From Bacteroidia bacterium (GTDB taxonomy: Bacteria; Bacteroidota; Bacteroidia; 2-12-FULL-35-15): a DNA stretch of 64,000 nt. Both the position numbers and the translations under genes were made by a program. Location: NCBI GenBank assembly GCA_030654175.1, contig JAURXZ010000024.1, forward strand, positions 171,730 through 235,729, written 5' to 3'. Below, piece by piece: positions 59,319 through 64,000 of this stretch; position 1 is the stretch's first letter; the number at the start of each line of letters is the position of its first letter. Under the pieces are notes generated by a model. It did no database searches and was not told where the DNA came from. It was given only the letters and a program-made list of their open reading frames with translations.

Positions 59319-59542
59319 ATAATATTTTTAATTGATAAGCTATAAATGTAATTATTATTTTAATACAAAAGCATATCAAACAGTTATTACATCAGCATTA
59401 TACCAATGTAAACTAAATTTTAAATCCGTTTGGCTACAAATAATGGTTGGGCAAAAAGAATGTGCAAAATCACTCATTGTACCTTTCGTCATAGTATCAA
59501 AAAAATAAAATGAACATCCTGTTTTTAATAGCAGATATTTTA

Positions 59543-59550
59543 TAAATTTG
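59543..59550 (+). promoter_or_regulatory. -7 box upstream of the CocE-like gene
   Basis: TAAATTTG about 390 bp before the ATG. Confidence 0.4.
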
Positions 59551-59943
59551 TAAGAGGCTTTATCTTTTTAAAGAAAACAGGCAGATAGTTGAAAAATAAA
59601 AATTTGGCCGGTTACTGAAATTCAGAATAAACATGAACCTTTGTTCTGCCCCGCAATGGTAAGTAAAACAAATTAAAAAGCATACGCTCGCGCTGAATTT
59701 ATGTCAGCATTTCAAGGGCAGTTTGAGGAACTACTGATAAACCACCGGGCAGACAACTCCGGAATAGAAGTAAGAACTCTTCGTTCATTTATATTGAAAC
59801 CTTAAATAGTGCCTGAATAAAAACTATCACATTCATTCTGTTTCTTTTTTTCTGTTTTACAATACTTTTAAATAAAATTATTACGAATGCCAAAGCGTTT
59901 AATTCGTAACCCGATCATATTAGTTTAACCAATTAAACGAAAA

Positions 59944-62943
59944 ATGAAAATCAAAAAAACTTCCAATCTTGTGTCTCGAATACCATTTCTTCCTTTGATC
60001 ATTTTACTTGTTTTTTCCTCTGCGCAAGGTTTTAGCCAGGCTATCCCTAACAATGGTAAGTTTGATGATATATCGGAACTTACCACCCGTTACACCATTC
60101 CATTTATTATGCCGGATAGTACCGCATTAATGACGGATGTTTTTCTTCCTATTGTGCAGGATAATTTTATTGTAGAAGTGGATCTTGATGGCCCGGGAGG
60201 TTTTCCACCTCAGCCGGTAGAACTTATAAAGAAAGGAACTCAGCTATTAATTTACGATTCACTTAACGGACAACCCAACCCAAATATCTATCAGCTGCCT
60301 TTAATATTTTCGCGAACACCCTACAACAAAGGCGACCAAACAGAGCAGGGAGGACTATTGGGTTTATTGGGGTATGGTTTTGCGATGCAGGATTTGCGTG
60401 GACGCTACACTTCAAAAGGTGTTTACCTTCCTCTTTACAGCGATGGCTGGAACAAAGATCCTTATCACCCTAATTATAAACACATACTGGATGTTACCCC
60501 CCTCACTGACCCTAAAAACGGCAACAAGCACGAAGATGGTTATAACAGTGTACAGTTTATTTTAAATGATCTGAAGAAAGAATTTGACCTGAACGGTGAT
60601 GGTATTGTTGATACTGTGGATAATATGTTCAACGGAAGAATTGGTACATTTGGTGCTTCTGCGTTGGGTTATAACCAATACCAGGCTGCCGCTGCCCACA
60701 AAATAGACCCAACCCTACCCGGACTAAAATGTTTATTACCTATTGTTGGGCCGGCTGAATTTTTTAAAAGCACCGGATTTCATAACGGTGTTTTCAGGGA
60801 CCGCCTGGTTACCGGCTGGCTCAAAGGCCAGATATTTACAGGCACTGATGCTTATAATGAATTTCAGGATTCTACACAGGTTGCGAATGACAATGACATA
60901 CAAGATGAAATACATAGCGCTGCCGATTATGGTTTGCCAAATAAATTTGTAGCAGCAAACAATACCATCGACCATTTTTCGGCTTATCGGTATTATGACC
61001 TGAGTGGCACTTTGGGACCAGCCGGTTATTACCCAAATTCAGCCGGAAGAAAGGATATGGATGCCAGCAGGGCAATGGTGAATCAATATGGAGAAGGTGA
61101 TGCAAATGGAACCACAAGCCGCTATAGTAATATGGAGGTACCTATTTATAACCTTACCGGATGGTGGGATATTTTCATTGACGGACAAATAGAATCAAGA
61201 AATTATGTTGAGAAATACGTAAGCAATACGTATGGAAATAAAAACCTGCAAAAAATAGTGATCGGCCCATGGGCTCATGGCACCATCGGTTCCAGGGAAA
61301 CAGGCGACATGAGAGGCGCAAACAAATATCCTGCAAATGTTACAGAAGGTATTGGCGCTGAGCTTTCAGGAGATTCCGCTTTATCCATATCAAAACTTTT
61401 GAAATCAGATTTTGTTACCTGGTATCGTTACAACCTGAATTATAACACCAGCCAGTATATTGGTGACCCGAAATTTATGATACCCGAAAGCCATAAATGG
61501 CAGGCTTTGGCAGGAGGCCTTGCATACATAAGAGCTCCGTCTAAAAATTTCAAAATGACCTTTTACGAGTTCCTGAATTATATGAATGGTTCGGATAGCT
61601 TGAGAAATCTCGAGTTTCAATACGTGGTCGGTTCAGATACTATTAATGGCAATATTGTTACGGACACCATCAGTGTGCCCCCTACCGGTCAATCTCAGCT
61701 ATCCGGTTTGGATCCGGGCCACATTGACCCCATACCGGCCAAAGATTATGCCGCAGCTCCAAATGTGAAGTTTTACGTTGTTGGGCCTGTTAATGATGGT
61801 GTTTCAGAAAACAGCACTGTCGGAAATTATTGGTTCTCGGCAAACACCTTCCCTATCACCACAGATATTTCCAAACAAAAAATGTACCTGCACAATAACG
61901 GAGGACTTGATTTTACTGCCCCTTCAGCAGACGAAGGTTTTAAAATTTATGTACATGACCCTGACAACCCTGTTCTTACAGCCGGTGGGGGTAATATGCT
62001 TGAGCAAATTCCGAACAGCAACGAAGATACAGAAGGACAAGTAGATGTGGCGAGCCTTCCGTATGCTGCTTATACAATGAACCGCCCAGGAGTGGTAAGT
62101 TTTACAAGCGATCTTATCCAGGACTCTTTAAGTATCATTGGGTTTCCTGTTGCCACATTGTACGCAAAATCTAACCCTTCAGGAGCCAGCAGCGGCCTTA
62201 CCGATACCGACTTTATGGTTCGTATTTTAGATGTATATCCTGATGGAAGAGAGTTGTTTGTAGTTGAAGGGGCGGTGAATGCAAGAGCAAGGTTATACGC
62301 CAAGAACATTGTTGAAAATCCGGGAATGGACGAGGATTACCCTTTTGCAAATGACCTTACACCTTTTACCAATATCAATGTGAACGAGGTGTATGAATAT
62401 AAATTCAAATGTTTCCCTATAGGTTACACATTTGGAAAAAATCACAAGATCAAAATCCTGATCAGCAGCAGCAACTTCACCCGTTTCCAGGTAAATCCGA
62501 ATATTCCTATTGCGGAAGGAGAGTTTTTTAGAAGAAAACCGGGTGATGGACAAGGCACCAATAAAACTCCTGATGGAACTTTTATGATGCCAAGGGTTGC
62601 GGTTCAGCGAATTGCTTTTTCTAATCAATACCCTACAAATATTGAGCTTCCCGTTTACCAGGGAACTATTTTAAATACTGAACAAAACAATCGCCATTCA
62701 GCAATGGATGTATTGGTTTACCCAAATCCGGCTGCTGATGCAGTAACTGTTTATCTTTCTAAGAACGGAGAATATAAAGTTACGTTGTTTGACATTACCG
62801 GTAAACGAATGCTTCAATCAAAATCGTTTAATGAGATGATAAAAATAAATGTAGAGGAGATCCCTGCAGGGCTTTATTTTGTTGAAGTAATTGACAATAA
62901 AACATCTGAAAAAATTACCAATAAATTGATAATTACGAAATAG
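59944..62943 (+). CDS. CocE/NonD-family (S15-like) serine hydrolase with T9SS type A CTD
   Basis: SRTPY, QDLRGRYTSKG, GASALG, GWWDIF, GPWAHG, PepX_C-like DTDF.V..LDVYPDG; CTD VYPNPA..AGLYFV..KLIITK. Confidence 0.9.
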   Translation: MKIKKTSNLVSRIPFLPLIILLVFSSAQGFSQAIPNNGKFDDISELTTRYTIPFIMPDSTALMTDVFLPIVQDNFIVEVDLDGPGGFPPQPVELIKKGTQLLIYDSLNGQPNPNIYQLPLIFSRTPYNKGDQTEQGGLLGLLGYGFAMQDLRGRYTSKGVYLPLYSDGWNKDPYHPNYKHILDVTPLTDPKNGNKHEDGYNSVQFILNDLKKEFDLNGDGIVDTVDNMFNGRIGTFGASALGYNQYQAAAAHKIDPTLPGLKCLLPIVGPAEFFKSTGFHNGVFRDRLVTGWLKGQIFTGTDAYNEFQDSTQVANDNDIQDEIHSAADYGLPNKFVAANNTIDHFSAYRYYDLSGTLGPAGYYPNSAGRKDMDASRAMVNQYGEGDANGTTSRYSNMEVPIYNLTGWWDIFIDGQIESRNYVEKYVSNTYGNKNLQKIVIGPWAHGTIGSRETGDMRGANKYPANVTEGIGAELSGDSALSISKLLKSDFVTWYRYNLNYNTSQYIGDPKFMIPESHKWQALAGGLAYIRAPSKNFKMTFYEFLNYMNGSDSLRNLEFQYVVGSDTINGNIVTDTISVPPTGQSQLSGLDPGHIDPIPAKDYAAAPNVKFYVVGPVNDGVSENSTVGNYWFSANTFPITTDISKQKMYLHNNGGLDFTAPSADEGFKIYVHDPDNPVLTAGGGNMLEQIPNSNEDTEGQVDVASLPYAAYTMNRPGVVSFTSDLIQDSLSIIGFPVATLYAKSNPSGASSGLTDTDFMVRILDVYPDGRELFVVEGAVNARARLYAKNIVENPGMDEDYPFANDLTPFTNINVNEVYEYKFKCFPIGYTFGKNHKIKILISSSNFTRFQVNPNIPIAEGEFFRRKPGDGQGTNKTPDGTFMMPRVAVQRIAFSNQYPTNIELPVYQGTILNTEQNNRHSAMDVLVYPNPAADAVTVYLSKNGEYKVTLFDITGKRMLQSKSFNEMIKINVEEIPAGLYFVEVIDNKTSEKITNKLIITK

Positions 62944-63030
62944 GTTATTAATAATTTTAAGCACTTGTTTGAGCCACAGAGTGGCTAAATTCTAACATCA
63001 GTTACAAAGTATAAACAACCTAATAACCAA

Positions 63031-64000
63031 ATGAGAAAACTTTACACCTTAGCTTTTTTATTTCTATTTTTTGTTACAAATAATCTCTGCGCCCAGGAAC
63101 AAAAAATTTCCGGTAAGCTAACAGATAAAAACACCAAACAACCTCTTGCCTTTGCCAATATTGTGATAAAGGGCACCACCAAGGGCGTTACTACGGACGT
63201 AAATGGAAATTATGAATTAACGATCGATTCTACTGATAAAGAAGAGACCATTTTACAGGTTTCATATATTGGGTATAGCATACAGGAAGTTATTGTTAAA
63301 AAAGGCGAAACCACTGCGAATATTGTTCTTGAACCAGCTGTTGTTTTTGGTAAAGAAATTGTTGTAACAGGCTCTCGGGTTAGCGAAACCATCAGGGAAT
63401 CATCCGCTTCCATTCAAAAAATGAATTCCAGAGAGATCAAAGAAGTGGCTTCGGGCGATTTTTATGAAGGAATGGGTACCCTGAAAGGTGTTGATATCAA
63501 TCAGTCCAGCATGGGCTTTAAAGTTGTTAATATGCGAGGCTTTAACAGCACCGCTCCTGTAAGGATAGTTCAGTTCATTGATGGAATGGACAACCAGGCA
63601 CCCGGCCTTAGTTTCCCTGTCGGCAACCTGGTAGGGGCAAGTGATATTGACTTACAGAGCGTAGAAATAATAACAGGGGCCGCTTCTGCACTCTATGGGC
63701 CTAATGCCTTCCAGGGTGTGGTGAGTATGGCTACCAAAAATCCCTATGAATTTCCGGGAACAAGTGTTCAGCTAAAAGGTGGAACCAATAAACTTGCAGA
63801 AGGTCAGTTTCGTTATGCAGAAGCATTTGGTGAACATAAACAATGGGCTGTAAAAGGAACAGCATCCTTCATCCGCGCTGACGATTGGATTGCGAATGAC
63901 CCTGTTGCCAATAACTATGGAGATATTTCGACAACGCAAGATCTTAGTGCTATTGTAAGAGGTTTGAAATACAGCAGCGATCCTGATAAAGCAGAGACCT
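63031..64000 (+). CDS. TonB-dependent receptor, N-terminal part (runs off window)
   Basis: Not in ORF track. MRKLYTLAFLFLF.., carboxypeptidase-regulatory-like domain (TDVNGNY, SYIGY), EIVVTGSR, plug NMRGFN..IDGMDN..VEIITGAASALYG. Confidence 0.93.
   Translation, partial: MRKLYTLAFLFLFFVTNNLCAQEQKISGKLTDKNTKQPLAFANIVIKGTTKGVTTDVNGNYELTIDSTDKEETILQVSYIGYSIQEVIVKKGETTANIVLEPAVVFGKEIVVTGSRVSETIRESSASIQKMNSREIKEVASGDFYEGMGTLKGVDINQSSMGFKVVNMRGFNSTAPVRIVQFIDGMDNQAPGLSFPVGNLVGASDIDLQSVEIITGAASALYGPNAFQGVVSMATKNPYEFPGTSVQLKGGTNKLAEGQFRYAEAFGEHKQWAVKGTASFIRADDWIANDPVANNYGDISTTQDLSAIVRGLKYSSDPDKAET

Overview
AT-rich chromosomal window from a member of the Bacteroidota. Supporting signs are TAnnTTTG promoter boxes, type IX secretion (T9SS) C-terminal sorting domains, an SprB-repeat protein, a TonB-dependent receptor and an IPExxxVDY-pyk pair. 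It holds about 37 CDSs: housekeeping genes (rnr, argS, radC, rpsT, gpmI, hemW, pyk, ppiD-like, mrp, gdhA, pepA), three orphan histidine kinases, a REC-Crp regulator, a 10-kb cluster of GT-C-fold membrane glycosyltransferases with a GH5-like enzyme and an O-antigen-ligase-like gene, and several secreted hydrolases. Two edge genes absent from the ORF track were translated by hand: a GH39-like protein (1..1086, -) and a TonB-dependent receptor (63031..64000, +). I saw no rRNA, tRNA, CRISPR array, integrase or transposase. The best candidate for an undescribed system is 4539..10109: an ECF sigma factor, a membrane-anchored anti-sigma-like protein that ends in a T9SS type B sorting domain, and an SprB-like adhesin gene bracketed by a ~100-bp duplication of the anti-sigma gene's 3' end. 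Also notable are a multi-TM/peroxiredoxin-like fusion coupled to a PAS-PP2C phosphatase, and at least six families of palindromic intergenic repeats, some nested, some supplying stop codons, one apparently inserted in frame in hemW. All family calls come from motif recognition by eye, without database searches.
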